From assembly GCF_964355755.1 (NCBI RefSeq), contig NC_092670.1, forward strand, positions 16,354,795 to 16,418,794: DNA of 64,000 bases, given 5' to 3'. The position numbers and the translations under genes were made by a program. Shown in pieces: positions 39,501-52,308 of this stretch. How positions within the stretch are numbered: the stretch's first letter is position 1; the number at the start of each line of letters is the position of its first letter. The DNA comes from Antedon mediterranea. Taxonomy: Eukaryota; Animalia; Echinodermata. The notes below the pieces were generated by a model. The model made no database searches. It was not told where the DNA came from and was given only the letters and a program-made list of their open reading frames with translations.

Positions 39501-41558
39501 AAATGAGAGAGGATAAGGAAAAACAGAAAATGTTGCGTTACAAAAAAGCTATAATTCGAGTCGTCTTCCCTGATAAAGTAATTTTACAAGGACTGTTTAG
39601 ACCTAAGGAAACTGGTAAGTATTGTTTATAGTCCCATCATGGGGCATGGTAATTCACACCCATGTATTCTATATGTTGTTGTTTGACTGCCATCTACCTT
39701 GCACTTTGCACTTAATTCATTTCTCTGTTCTTTGTTTTTACTAGTACAAGCTTTGTTTGATTTTGTAAAGAACTCTTTAGAAGAACAAACACTGCAATTC
39801 TACCTATGTAAGTTAATGTTATGTCATGATACAATTATAGCCATAGCAAGTCAAATGGCCGAGCGGTTAAGGAAGAGCGCCGTTTACTGTACCTAAACAA
39901 TATCGGCATGGGTTTGAGGCCGACTCGCTCTTAGTACTGGTGTTGGAACAAGTCTTCTTGGATAAGGACTATAAACCGTAGGTCCAGTGTACACAGTTAT
40001 AACCTGTGTGCACGTTGAAGAACCCAGTTCATTATTCGAGAGGAGTAAGGGTTACCTCTGTGAACTGGTTTACTAAATAGCCCCTGTATCAGCAGGATTA
40101 CCACCTATCTGATAAGACAGTGATTTATTTTGGTAATCCTTAGCCACATGTGCGTAAAAACATAAAATAATAAAAACAAAAATCAATGTGTATTAGGGAC
40201 ACCCATAATGACGGTGAAACTCTGTTGGGCTCTTCTTAGGTGCTATTAATAGGGATTCTATTGTATTTTAATGACTATACTTATTTCTTCTCAGATACAT
40301 CTCCACCAAAATCAATTTTAAAAAATACACAGGACAGCCTTTTTGCGGTAAGATTAACATTTGGTAATAAGTATGTAACTTAGTACAGACCACTATGCAT
40401 GGTGCACGATTGCGCTCCCTATAAGTCCGGGCTACAGTTGGCAGCATCTAGTACTGAACATGTGTATCTTAGTAATATTTAGTTTTTTATTGTGAAAATT
40501 TTTAATGTTATGTCTCACAGACTGGTTTGTTCCCAGCTGCTAAAGTCTATTTTGGATGCAAGGACAAAAGAGGTAAGTTAACATTAATAAAATTTATAAT
40601 AAATTATTTGATTCCTAAAATGTATCATTTAAATGTATCCATTTTCTACTTGTTCGTCAATGGAAAAGATGCCAATCAAATATGCCAATTGTTACCAATT
40701 TTTTTTAGTTATGCAATAACACATATATTTAACTTTGGCTTTCAGATTGCTGGCTCTCTCCATCTCTTCTGAGCTTAATAAAACCAGTAGCAGCAGTAAA
40801 TGAATCTTTAAAAAGGTAAAGCACAAAATAACTTGCTTGAATGTTACATGCTCAAAGCCCACAAGTCTTTGCCGATAGGATTAACAAGTTTTTGCTTTTT
40901 TCTTTCAGTTTAACAGGCATTGTAGCAGAAGCTGACAGGGCAAGCACTTCACGAGGGGCATCCTCTATCAATGCGAAAGGAACATCGCAATCACCGCCGT
41001 CGTCAGCGGCTAGTAAGCGTCCATCTTCAAATGATTCTAGTGCAAACTCCAAAAAGATTCCAAAATGGTTCAAACTAGGTAAATGTTATTGAAGTATAAT
41101 ATTCATATTAGAAAGGTGTAATATCCCGGTCTTTAGTACCCGTGCTGTCTTACTAAAACGTGGTTCCCACTAGCGACGCAAGGCAACCCATGCAATGTAA
41201 CAAAATGCCCTTCCAATAATTGTGTTTTCCCCCGCCTTTGTGAAATCAAATCTGCTTGTTGCGCGTTAACGTTGGCATGCCGTAGCCTTTTACCTGGTTC
41301 ACCCAGCATACTTTTTTAGTATGTGCTGTACTGTGTTTTCCGGGCATTCTTTTGCCTCTATTTGATTTCCAACTGCAATACAGCACTGATACGTCGCTGC
41401 GTTATATTGTGTTGCTAAAATAAAAATACTATAATATCTCTATGCTATTACATTATTGTATACTTTCATATTATTTCTCTGTTTGCATATACCTGTTACA
41501 GTATATTTACCAGTGTGTTTACTTTTGTTTTTGTTGGTTTTTTTTAGGCAAGCAATGA
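33590..41558 (+). CDS. ASPSCR1: Tether containing UBX domain for GLUT4 (TUG/UBXN9), multi-exon, complete
   Basis: N-terminal UBL MSGTVNVLTPNGRRQNVK and RFSNIPNNAKLEL; LRSLGLTGGSAVIR; DEFFEVTVNDVRKML; UBX IRVVFPDKVILQGLFRPKET...YTSPPK...GLFPAAKVYF; C-terminal KIPKWFKLGKQ*. Confidence 0.93.
35977..36080. mobile_element. Tc1/pogo-like MITE remnant (CAGTAGAACC termini, TA TSD)
   Basis: TA|CAGTAGAACC...CTCTACTG|TA with internal GGACACCCCTATTAAGGG. Decayed relatives at 1-226, 1790, 3802-3884, 4772, 29060-29215, 34799-34920, 40195-40265 and 47070. Confidence 0.5.
36880..39196 (-). mobile_element. 5'-truncated CR1/L2-group non-LTR retrotransposon with an uninterrupted reverse transcriptase ORF (37163-39202), antisense in an ASPSCR1 intron
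   Basis: RT motifs YRPISVL, QSGFR, DLCKAFDTVDH, GVPQGSILGPLLF, YADD and KYLGI; C-terminal AIKDWNALP; no endonuclease domain. 3' UTR with inverted repeats and a (TCAA)n tail at ~36880-36896. Confidence 0.93.
39850..40180 (+). mobile_element. Deu/Nin-core SINE copy
   Basis: TGGCCGAGCGGTTAAG A box, GGGTTTGAGGC B box, GGATAAGGACTATAAACCGTAGGTCC core. Confidence 0.7.
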
Positions 41559-41926
41559 AAGGTTTAGCAAATAGACTACTGTTTCGCTGAAGGAATGAAA
41601 TTAAGATAACTTCTATGTTTAATCAATGATATTTATTATATATTCAATGAATGCATCTGGAAATAAATAGTGATAATATTAATAATCCGATCACACAAAA
41701 TAGCTGAAACATAAGTTATAAAATTGTTACTATTTCTATATTTCTCTGTTAATTTAATGGCTAATTATGCTACATACACACAATCATTATATTACGACAA
41801 TAAAATATTATTAAACGATTACTATTATTAAACAACATCTGGTAACAGTATTTTCATCATATGAAGAATGCAGCTTGTTCCACTTTCTGGTCGTTCATTA
41901 TTCATCATACAGTTAGTTTATTCTAA

Positions 41927-42066
41927 AGCTCTGTCCACACTATCAAACTGGTTTGACTAAAAAAGTGTGATGTGCCTAAATATGGTTGTGATATGACATA
42001 ATCATGTCCATATATGGGCACATAACTTTTTTTTTCTACATAAAGTTTAATATTGTAGACAGAGCT
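41927..42066. mobile_element. PIF/Harbinger MITE family A copy
   Basis: AGCTCTGTCCACAC...GTAGACAGAGCT termini. Confidence 0.8.
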
Positions 42067-42245
42067 TTAATTTAATCAACCTCGTTTTCAAAACATTCTC
42101 ATGGCCGAATTTTTAAAACAAAATTAAAATCATCAAATCGCGAATAAGAGTACCGTATCCATCCATCATGTTTTAAAGTCTGTTACAAACTACAGTTTTC
42201 TTATAAAACGTTAGCAATGATGTTGACTGTATTTCACTTCTCACT

Positions 42246-42848
42246 TTATTCTAGTCCTAAATCGAAATCTTGGACGTTCTTTACTTTACTATATATCTTA
42301 GTTGTTGCCACGTGTCCGTATTCGATGAGTTTCATTGATCCACCGCCTAAGTATCTTTTAGCCCAGTTCCTATTAAACGATTTTCGTCGTCGAGACAAAG
42401 ATGTTTCGTCAATTTTCTCGTGACGTGACATCTTTCTCTGATGCGCATCTTCAGCGGGTGGAGGTGCGTTTATGTTATACGAAATAACGCAGTAATAATC
42501 GTTGCTCACGGTTGGATATTTGCGAACGTATGAATGTGTCAGAGTTAGAATGCATATACCTTTATCAGATATCACCAAGTATTCTTCGTCCTCACGTTTT
42601 CTACGAAGTGCGTTATTGACGTCATCGGCCGTAATAATTACGTATGCTTCGTCATCCGGGTCTTCATGATTCTGCGAACATGGTCGTTCAGACTGCGCGC
42701 ACTCAGATTGAGCGCACTCGGATTCACATTTTGCAATTAATGAGACATCTTCCATTGTAATCTCGCAATATTCATCATCTAATAATGATGCGATTGTCTC
42801 CGGATTACGACGACGTGACGTTTTTCTGTTCCTAGTCCTCTTTGACAT
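42246..42848 (-). CDS. Uncharacterised intronless 200-aa protein with four acidic YxxI motifs
   Basis: 603-bp ATG ORF, CpG-rich; motifs DDEYCEIT, DDEAYVIIT, EDEEYLVIS, NDYYCVIS; basic N-terminus. Confidence 0.65.
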   Translation of the reverse strand: MSKRTRNRKTSRRRNPETIASLLDDEYCEITMEDVSLIAKCESECAQSECAQSERPCSQNHEDPDDEAYVIITADDVNNALRRKREDEEYLVISDKGICILTLTHSYVRKYPTVSNDYYCVISYNINAPPPAEDAHQRKMSRHEKIDETSLSRRRKSFNRNWAKRYLGGGSMKLIEYGHVATTKIYSKVKNVQDFDLGLE

Positions 42849-43062
42849 GACGTAATCGTGGTAACCAAGGAAATCAACAATATTCCGAACCTATGACGAA
42901 CAAAATATGAAACAAATACATTATTAAATATTCTCATTTGTTACCTCTATGTTCATTCATACAACCTTTTAAAATAAAATAATTTGGTAGGCCTATTTGG
43001 TTTTTTTTAACTTTCTAGCTCTCATAGTAGGCCTACCGACGTTCCTATAGGCGTACGGCTAA

Positions 43063-43243
43063 AGCGTGGTTTCCACTAGAACGCAACGTATCGACGCAAA
43101 GTGCTGTATTACGTAATCACAAGTGAGACCCGACGACGCAATAGTGCTGCAAACGTCGTAGGTTTGATTTCACGCAGGCGGGGAAAACACAAGGGCATTT
43201 GCTTATGTAGCGTAGATTACTATAGCTAAGTGGGAACCAAGCT
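43063..43243. mobile_element. PIF/Harbinger MITE family C copy
   Basis: TAA|AGCGTGGTTTCCACT...AGTGGGAACCAAGCT|TTA. Confidence 0.65.
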
Positions 43244-43900
43244 TTAGTACATTCACTTTAGGCTAGTCAACAACTTCTCTATATAATGTAAAGCCTATTT
43301 ATTTCAATAATAACACAAAGGGTCAAAGCAGCAACAAAAAACCAATAGCAAGCCACGCATGATGGAAAAAAAAATAAAAATCCAGATAGGAATTTACGTT
43401 GGTGTTTAATACCATTCAACACAAGCAGGTCCTTTACTATTCAATTCTAAAGAATGTCTACATCCCATCCCGAATTCCATACAAAATTGAATAACATAAC
43501 AATAACAAACTACGTCACACATCAATCTATACAATTTGTATAATTGATATAGGCTTAATTGATATAGGCTAAAGTTTGGAGACAAAATAGATACTATAGA
43601 TATACAACAAATATGCTATAGCTTATACTTAAGAATCTATTTACTATAAATCATACGTCAAATTATAGAAACAGTGCTCATATTCGAAACATGATCTCAT
43701 AATCGCGTCAAGCATAGCTCATCGGAAACTAGTTCCGTATTTTTAGTTGAACAAATGTCTCTGGTGGGATTATATATGCTCAATCATATCATTTATTACA
43801 TAGAAAATCGATTTCTTAGAGAAGTAACAACACGTGAAATATAAATGCAGAAAACAGTGCAAAACTAACACACAAACAATATGCCTTATGTATGTAATTG

Positions 43901-44022
43901 TGAACTTACGCATAAGTGCTGAACTTAGGCATAAGTACTGAACTTAGGCATAAGTGCTGAACTTAGGCATAAGTGCTGAACTTAGGCATAAGTGCTGAAC
44001 TTAGGCATAAGTGCTGAACTTA
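43901..44022. repeat. 19-bp minisatellite, ~6.4 copies
   Basis: (TGAACTTAGGCATAAGTGC)n with two single-base variants. Confidence 0.95.
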
Positions 44023-46045
44023 AAAGTGTATAGTTTGCAATATAAATTCTTGCAATTTAGGGGCGGGGCCTGGCCTTCAATCCGCCTATGAGATCAACAA
44101 AGAACCAACTTATTTTTCCTGACGGTTTAAGATATTTTTGTATCTACTACAATACTACTATTTTACACAATATACTACTAGGCCTACTAATATTTATTAT
44201 ACAAAATTGATGCGCATTCGTATGTTAAAAAGATTACGCATAAATAAAGCCTAAATAAAGCAAATTATATCATGGACCTATAGGTGAGGTAGGTCCATGC
44301 AGGAAGTTGTAATTAAAACTTCCTGGTCCATGCTTATAGTAAACAACTTTTTTCCAAACAAGAACTCTTTTGCAACTAGGCCTACAACTCAGACTTAAGA
44401 CTTAACGTAGACGTGTACAAGTTTTCCAATCGATTTTATCCTACCAACATAGGCCTAATTGCAAATACTGTACATACTTAACTATAATTCATTTTAGTTC
44501 ATTTAATTAATAACAAAACTTACCCCAACAATTAGGTTTAGGTTTCATCAAACGCTATCGACTTTTCACTCTCCAAAAGTACATAGTCGTAAAAATTAAT
44601 CAAATGTAGGGCTTTCTATGGCTTTAGTACTAATAAGACCTTAGCGTGAAAAAAAATCACGGTCATTGGTTTTTAACTATACCAGGTATTTAGTTTTATG
44701 AGAAAACCGTGTTTTTTTTTGTAATAATCAATACTTGTGTTTAACGCCCCGTGACGGCAATTAAATCCATGTGTTTTTGTCAGTATTATTATCAATGGTA
44801 TCATCAATGGACCTATTAAACCATGGTCCTATACCTGTTCGGTTGTTCCTTATTCAAACTGAATGAAAGGGACACAGTAAAATTGTATTAAAATTATAAT
44901 GCGTTTTTACGGAAAACAACTATGGTGGCATGTGTCTTTTGTGGATATTGTTTACTTGACTTACTTTTTAATTTGAAAATACGTCTATTTATATATATTA
45001 TTTCTTAAATACAACAATATTGACTTCTGTATTTAGGAACTCTTCCAACTTAGATTGTTTTTGTTTTAAAAATTTATTTATTTGTTCAAATAAATAGATT
45101 TTAAAAAACAAACAAACTACGCTAACAATAACATGGTCATTTAGTGAAATAAATTGGCCAACAGCTGACTTTTTATAATGGAATCGTCCTGATGACGTGA
45201 AAGGGGCTTGTCCTTGCGTCATATTGTTGGAAATTGTTCTTACTCCCTCCGTATTCTCCGTCTTACCAACATAAAACGTTTAAATTAAAACAAATATTAC
45301 ATATTGTACAATTAAAAGCATAAAAATATCTATTAAAATATATTTTTATAGAAAATGTGCTTACATTATCAAATAGTTAAAATTTTACTACAAAATAACC
45401 ATGGAAGCTTATCAGGTTAAACAGCTAATTTGCATATCAACGTAAACAGAAAATCTCGTGGTTGCAGTTTCAAAACAAGTGGCTAGCTAGTGGTGAGTAA
45501 AATGTTTTGGGTTTTTACATGCTGATTTCTTACATTTAAATTGGTATGTATTTGAAATTTGAATTCTTGTTAATTTATACATTCATTTGAGTACTGTTTA
45601 GCTTTAAAATCTAAGCCTAATATAGAACACGATTCTGTTTATTGAATTGACTGGCTAGCCTATTTACTCGACGATATCGTGTTACTTTTTTATAAAGAAT
45701 AAATGGTATAAAGAATGATGGTGATGACAACAACCGAGTTAGGTTAGCCGGGGATTTGCCAGTGCTACCTGGTCTTTGATAATGAATATTAGAAGAATGG
45801 GAATAGTTAGCTAGGCCAGAAAATTTACCACACATAACTAGGCCTAATATAGTACGGAACTGGTTTTAACTGGATCTTTTAACACCATATCTGGAAAGGT
45901 TTGCCTGATATACTGTACAGTCTGTGTAGGCCTACACAGCAGTAGGCCTATAAATTCACAAACAAATGCAAAATTTAATTTACTTTGCAGCTTTTTAAGA
46001 ACTCAACTATCTTTTTCCCCTAGAAATATTTGATACTTTATTAAG

Positions 46046-48011
46046 ATGGTAAAGCATAGTGGAGGTAAGTTTACACTTTTGAAACAATTACATTTAACTA
46101 CACCACATCTAGTAACATCTAATTCCTATGTGCCGCATTCCCATAGGTCCATGTCAGTTATTATATCCCACAATCGGTTTTAATCAATTAATTTAATTTT
46201 CTACAACATTGTGTTCATGTTTGTTCTAAATTTAGGTGAAGGAAATTCTGTTGAATCGTTGCACGCTTTTAAAGAATATCACTCAGATGATTGGTGTTGG
46301 GATCCTTGCAACAAATCGTCCGATGTAGTTTTATCAACCAATCATTTAGCTGCATATTTTCATACAGGTAAACATACTTGGACACATTTTTTTGCATTGC
46401 CTTGGTGGGAAAAAATGTGATGTGCCCATATATGGACATGATGATGTCATATCACTACCATATTTGGGTATATCACTACTATATTTGGGCACATCACACG
46501 TTTTTTTTTTCAAACTAGTTTGATAGTGTACACAGAGCAATTATACACATAATTCATTTGAGTGAGCGTACGTCCAATATTCACACTTAAACATTGACCT
46601 TAAAAAATCTAATGAAACTCAGCGAAGAGGACAGATATAGATAAGACAAACAAACAAAGATCGAAAGAATCATAAAGCAGTCGCACCCTAGGATATGAAC
46701 TTGCACAATGGTGTTGTGTCATTTATAGACTGATTGTTTAAACATGCCAAACAGAAGCAGAACATATTAAAAACATGAGTGTGAATAAATGCATCATCAT
46801 TAGACATTAGGAAAGTGACACTTCAGGAAGGATTGTCACTCATAAGTTCCTGATTGGGGTCATCAATGGTGACGCATATTAGGATTAAGAGATTTACTGG
46901 TATTTTCCATATTAGTGGAATCAGGATATTTAAATTGTCTTTCGATATATTTCAAATTAATCTTATAAGGCTATCCAAGCATAGTGACTTCACAAAAGGT
47001 GCAAACAATTATAGTGTGATTGTACTTAGTATTACAATAAAATCCTATAAAGGATAAAAAAGAAAAATTAAGGGTGTCCCAATGTAGGGGTACACTGTCC
47101 TAAATGACAACAGTGGTAATGATAAATGGTGTATGATTAAAATTGTTTTTAGATCCAGTATATGAGAGTATTGGAACGGCAGGTGTGCGGGGAACAAAAG
47201 GATTTAGGGAGGGTGAATACTATTGGGAGGTCATCTTTACAGAACCTCCTCTTGGTACAGCAGTTATGGTCGGTGTCGGCACATGTGAAGCTTTGTTACA
47301 CACAGGCAATTATCAGTATGTAAACTTAATAGGTAAGTTATAAACAAACAAATTGCTAAAAGTAATGCATGTGATACAGTACTTCAAACTTACAGTTATA
47401 CAGTATAGCATACATTAAACATGATAGCAAGTATAACATGATTTTTTTTTCTTTCAGGTATAGACAGCCACAGCTGGGGTATATCACACAAAGGAACAAT
47501 ATGGCATGATGGGAAATATCGTAACTACTGCGAGGCATTTTTTGATCAAGAAACTCGTATTGGGGTACAGCTAAACTTGTATAGTGGAACGTTGACTTTT
47601 TACAAAAATGGGGTCAACTTAGGGGTTGCATTTACAGGTTGGTGAAGTCACACTATAACTTTGGTTTAAAATGAGCAAAAGTTGCTAGTATCAAACATAA
47701 TAAGTAGAGTATACACATACAAGTAGGGCTTTATGACTATTATTTTTGTAAAATTAACTAATTAACATTTTGTACTGTGTTTTACAGGGTTATCAGGAGA
47801 AGATATGGATGACATTTATCCACTTGCTTGCTCGACGTCGGCTTTGACGGAACTCGAGCTTGGAATCCGAACATCCCGAAAACTATCCCTCCAAGAAAAA
47901 TGCTACTCCGCGATTTTAAATCGTATTGGCAACAGCAAAAGAAAAGTAGATCAGTTACCACTACCCCCTCTGTTAAAAGACATATTGAAGGGGATTGCAG
48001 TGTACAAATGA
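46046..48011 (+). CDS. SPRY domain-containing SOCS box protein, SPSB3-like; five coding exons
   Basis: DDWCWDPCNKSSDVVLS...AAYFHT, GTAGVRGTKGFREGEYYWEV, SWGISHKGTIWHDG, GTLTFYKNGVNLGVAF and SOCS box LSLQEKCYSAI...VDQLPLPPLLKDIL. Orthology versus paralogy to SPSB3 is unresolved. Confidence 0.88.
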
Positions 48012-50776
48012 GGGGTGTCCTAAATCTATTGGGAAATCCATGGAAGATCATGCATACACCAATAACCCACTGTGGAATCAAGGACCAGAGTCATTGGTTG
48101 AATGACGATACAGAGACAAGTGTAGCTACGATGAGTTTTATTGCGCAGAGTGCAATTGAGGGTCCTTTGTTTATTAAATTTAAGGAAGAGAATTGACAAT
48201 TGAATTTGACCTCAAACAAGGACTGTCAGCTGACATGTTTTAGTCTCCAGGTTTGGAAGTGTTCATGACTATTGAAGTATATAAACTTGAAATATTTAGA
48301 GAAAAATAATATTATTTAGAAGATATAGGTTGAAATTATGGCTACTACCTAAATTAAGTAAGATTGTACCAAAGAGAAGCACGTTGATTTCTAACGTTCA
48401 GGTAACAAGTAAGTATTATACTGATTCGTTTGTACAGTATTAAATGAACAAAAAACAAATAGCATACTAACTCGTATATAAGCACATTCTGATTATACAA
48501 AACGCTAACGTGAATAAAAGCTAAATCACTTAAAAATGCGATAAGCCCATCTCCCGATTACCTCTTTTTCATTTTCAAATGGCGGGGTTGCGTCATTGCG
48601 ATAAAATGTAAAAGTGTAGCAGACAACTTTTAGGAGTTGATAGACAGAATCTAGAAATTAAGTGCAATAATTGCGTAGTATTTTTCGGCTGTTTGATTAT
48701 ACCAGGCCTGGTTATATAGGGCCTACAGTATCATTTTACAATTCACTTACTTATATTAAGTTTGTATTTGCTCATTACAGTATTTGATTATTTAAATTTA
48801 AATATTTGAAATTAGTTTTGATTAACATTTTAGGCATACTCTGGTTCAACAATCTATAATTGTATGGGGATAAAGGTTCCAGGTTATAGGGATGTTGGGG
48901 GGGGGGGGGGTGGGCGATGGGCGATGGGCTTGTATTAGATATTCCAAATATAAGATGTACTGTGCTTTGTATAATATCTTCCGTGCTCATCAACTGCTAA
49001 TGTATATCAAATTTAAGCTTAGTTTAAAAGTATATATTTTATGAATCGAATATATTCTTATATATCAGTATTTTGTTTTGCAATTATCAATTTAGTTTCC
49101 GAATATTTCGGATTGTTAAAAAAAACCATCTGTAAATAAATTACAATTGCATTTAACAAGTGTTGGAATCATGTTTTCTTGGAGCCATTTTTCGTTAGTA
49201 TACGTTTCGTTTAAGACAGTAAGTTACTACCAAGTAAAATCAAGATTTTTACAATAATAAATACGGTAACGCATCAGTTGACAGTAGAAACTGAATAATG
49301 GTAACGGGAATATTTCAGTATTTATGAGAATGGTTGTATTATTCTTACCTCTTTGATGATTTGCTGGTCGAAAAATACTGATGATCCAAATGATAAATAT
49401 TGATATCAGAAGTAAAATCCCAGAGAAATCTTGATAATTCAAGAGTAGGCCTAAGAGTTTTGACGATTCAGCAGAAAATCTTGATGAACCAAATTAAAAT
49501 CCAAGAGGGAAAAAAAATCAAATTGGATTTGATGTTCTGTGATGCAACAATTTAATATATAGGCCTATTTTTTTATATTTGTGATACGATTCTCTTAAAT
49601 TGATATTTCAGATTTGTTTACTTTACATCAACCACACCTAAAAATAACATAAATTATAGATTGTATATAAGATTTGGTAAAATGCTAACTAAAGACGAAA
49701 GTTGAATTAATTTTTTTCTGAAAACAATTACACGATTCAATATAAATAAAATGATATTAGGTGAATGTTTATTCACTTGTTAGATATTCTATTGCAAGAT
49801 TGTGTGATGCGAGGTTTACGATTTAAAGGTATATCTGTTTTAATGCAATTGGCCTACATACATCAATGGATATCAACATCGATATTATACTGTTTGATTG
49901 TATACAAGTATGATTGATAGGGCCTATTTATTTATCTATATACATATAACTACTTACTTCCTAAAATTCCATTTATGTTGACGTCTCCTCACTCTCAATG
50001 CAAACAATAACGACAAGAATAAACCGAAAGCGACTGCCACAATAATATGTAAATCTTCAGCGCATTCATTAAAACAGATAAGAATGTAAACCATACGTGC
50101 TTATCAGGTGGTGGTATAACGTATACTGCAATAAATGTCTAAAACAAAGTTAAGTGCAGATTATAAATCAACTATCATATTAATTTCGTTTATTGTAATA
50201 TTTATTTTATTCTAAAAGTGGACACGTAGACGTATCTGCACTAAAATGTAGACTTCAAGTGAAAAGAAGAAAGAAAGAAGCCTACAACTGTAAGAAAAAG
50301 AAGAAATTCTTGGTAATATTTTGAATTGATTTGAATTAATTGAAATACATTTCTAATTTGAATATTAACTAGCAACTGCAAAATGCAAGTGAGATATATT
50401 ATTGGCGTGTCTATGCGACAAACTCATACACAAACACGATAAAATATATTATGTTGCAAAATTAAAATAAAGTTGAGGCCGAACAACGTTTTAAGATAGC
50501 GCCATCTAGAGTTAAAAAACTTTTCTTGAGGACTGAAGGTTGGATGATGGAAGAGAATAGTGGTGGCTAAAATGGAATAATTTTACTGAAGATTGAATTA
50601 TATGTAAAGATTGGTATTCCTAAAAATGAGTTATCATTATATCTTTGGTAATTTAAGATCGTTGTTGGTTTTAGCATAGGCCTACAATTGAATGCTTACC
50701 CATCAGACCACCTGCCACCAGTGGCAGTGGTGGCAGCAGCTACTTTAAACTGCTACTCTAGTACTTAGCCTAAGAC

Positions 50777-50810
50777 CAGAGCCATATATATATATATATA
50801 TATGGCTCTG
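50777..50810. mobile_element. 34-bp perfectly palindromic micro-element with 8-bp TSD
   Basis: CCTAAGAC|CAGAGCC(AT)10GGCTCTG|CCTAAGAC. Confidence 0.7.
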
Positions 50811-52308
50811 CCTAAGACCAATTTGGGCTAAAGATTAGGCCTAGCTAACAGCCTATACTCAACAGTGACCTAATGGCATTTTTTAGTAGCATTTTGGAAC
50901 ATATATACTAAAATAGTGTATTAACTATTACTAAAAACATATTTCATAATTATTTATTTATTCTTATTATAATTTTTCTAATTTGTTCTTAGAACATAAC
51001 CACCATAGTGGTGGATCAAGGACTGTGACAAAAAAAGTGTGATGTGCCCAAATATGGTAGTGATATGACATCACCATGTCCATATATGGGCACATCACAT
51101 TTTGTCACATACAATTTAATAGTGTAGCCAGAGCATTTAAGACTGCTGCTGCTCTCTCTCCTAATTTTTGTAACTATAGCGAAAAAAAAAACAGTAATAA
51201 AAAAGTTACATTAACGCATCGTGGCCATATAATAATATATATATATAATATGTTCAACGCAAGATATACCTACTAGGATGTACAGATTGATTACATAATG
51301 TTTTGATCTTCATCCTGGTTTTACAGTTAAGTCCACTTCCTAACTACAAGGTCTTTCTCACTACTGGTAGTAGGCTTGCTGTTAAAGCCTACTTAATCAT
51401 TCTTTCATGGAATTATAATGTTGTAAGATTGGTGGTCTATTGAAAAAAAGGTAATTAGAATCAATTCATATAGTGAGGAAATATCGTATATTAATAATTA
51501 ATAATTATTCACTTATTAATTCATTCAAAATTTTAACTATTCTTTTTTTCCCTCATAATACTGCAGTGGAGCCGTCTCAACTTTTGTTAGTGACATTTCT
51601 ATTGTCACCTGTGTTTGTTTCATTGGTTAGTTTTATAAATAGCATGATAAATAAATTCCATTTGATCGGAGCTGAGTAATAGAACTTCCTTATAAGCTGA
51701 GTATGCAAACAATACACATGTTGTGTCATGGTTCACTAAGTTTCTTCAATTGTGAATTTCCTCCTGAACACAAAAAGAAACCTGCAAGCGTTCACATTCT
51801 TTAGATAAATTCAATACAATATACATATTGTAAGAGTATTTTTTATTACTAGTTTATTACTAGTAATAACACTTTTACAGTTCACAAGTAGAATACCTAG
51901 GCGTGTGTCTCTCTGGGTTGGTAGCTAGTATCATATCATCTTTTGCAGATTGTGTAACTGTAAGGTAAGGATATCCTTCTTCATTGGAACCTCTGTACGT
52001 ATTTACTCTGGGTGACTCTAATCAGGTGAGGTGTTTCTATACACATTTTTCTGGCTGTTTTACATTATTGTTTTGAATTTTTTGCTTATTTATGTTGTAT
52101 CTTCATTGAGATCAAGCCACAGATACCCACAGATTGTCATTAACATACATTCACACTTTTTTTGCCAAACTAGTTGATAGTGTAGACAGAGCTTGAAGTT
52201 TAATCATATTATTCATGTCTATTTCTACACATAAGTAATATCATAAAGCTATACAAATTGTCCATAATAAAAACTGTTCAGTATAGATATTGAGAGGTAC
52301 TACGTGTT

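Noticed and set aside
43901-44022. CRISPR array
   Set aside because: Repeats are directly adjacent with no spacers, there are no cas genes, and the context is eukaryotic.
45189-45205. CTGATGA...GAAA hammerhead-like string
   Set aside because: No credible stem II or III; better read as a CRE-like TGACGT promoter sequence. The CTGATGAG at ~10184 also lacks a downstream core.
47828-48196. Overlapping 122-aa ORF and AUGA overlap after the SPSB-like stop
   Set aside because: No protein-like motifs; A-TGA overlaps are common in AT-rich DNA (also seen at the ASPSCR1 stop).
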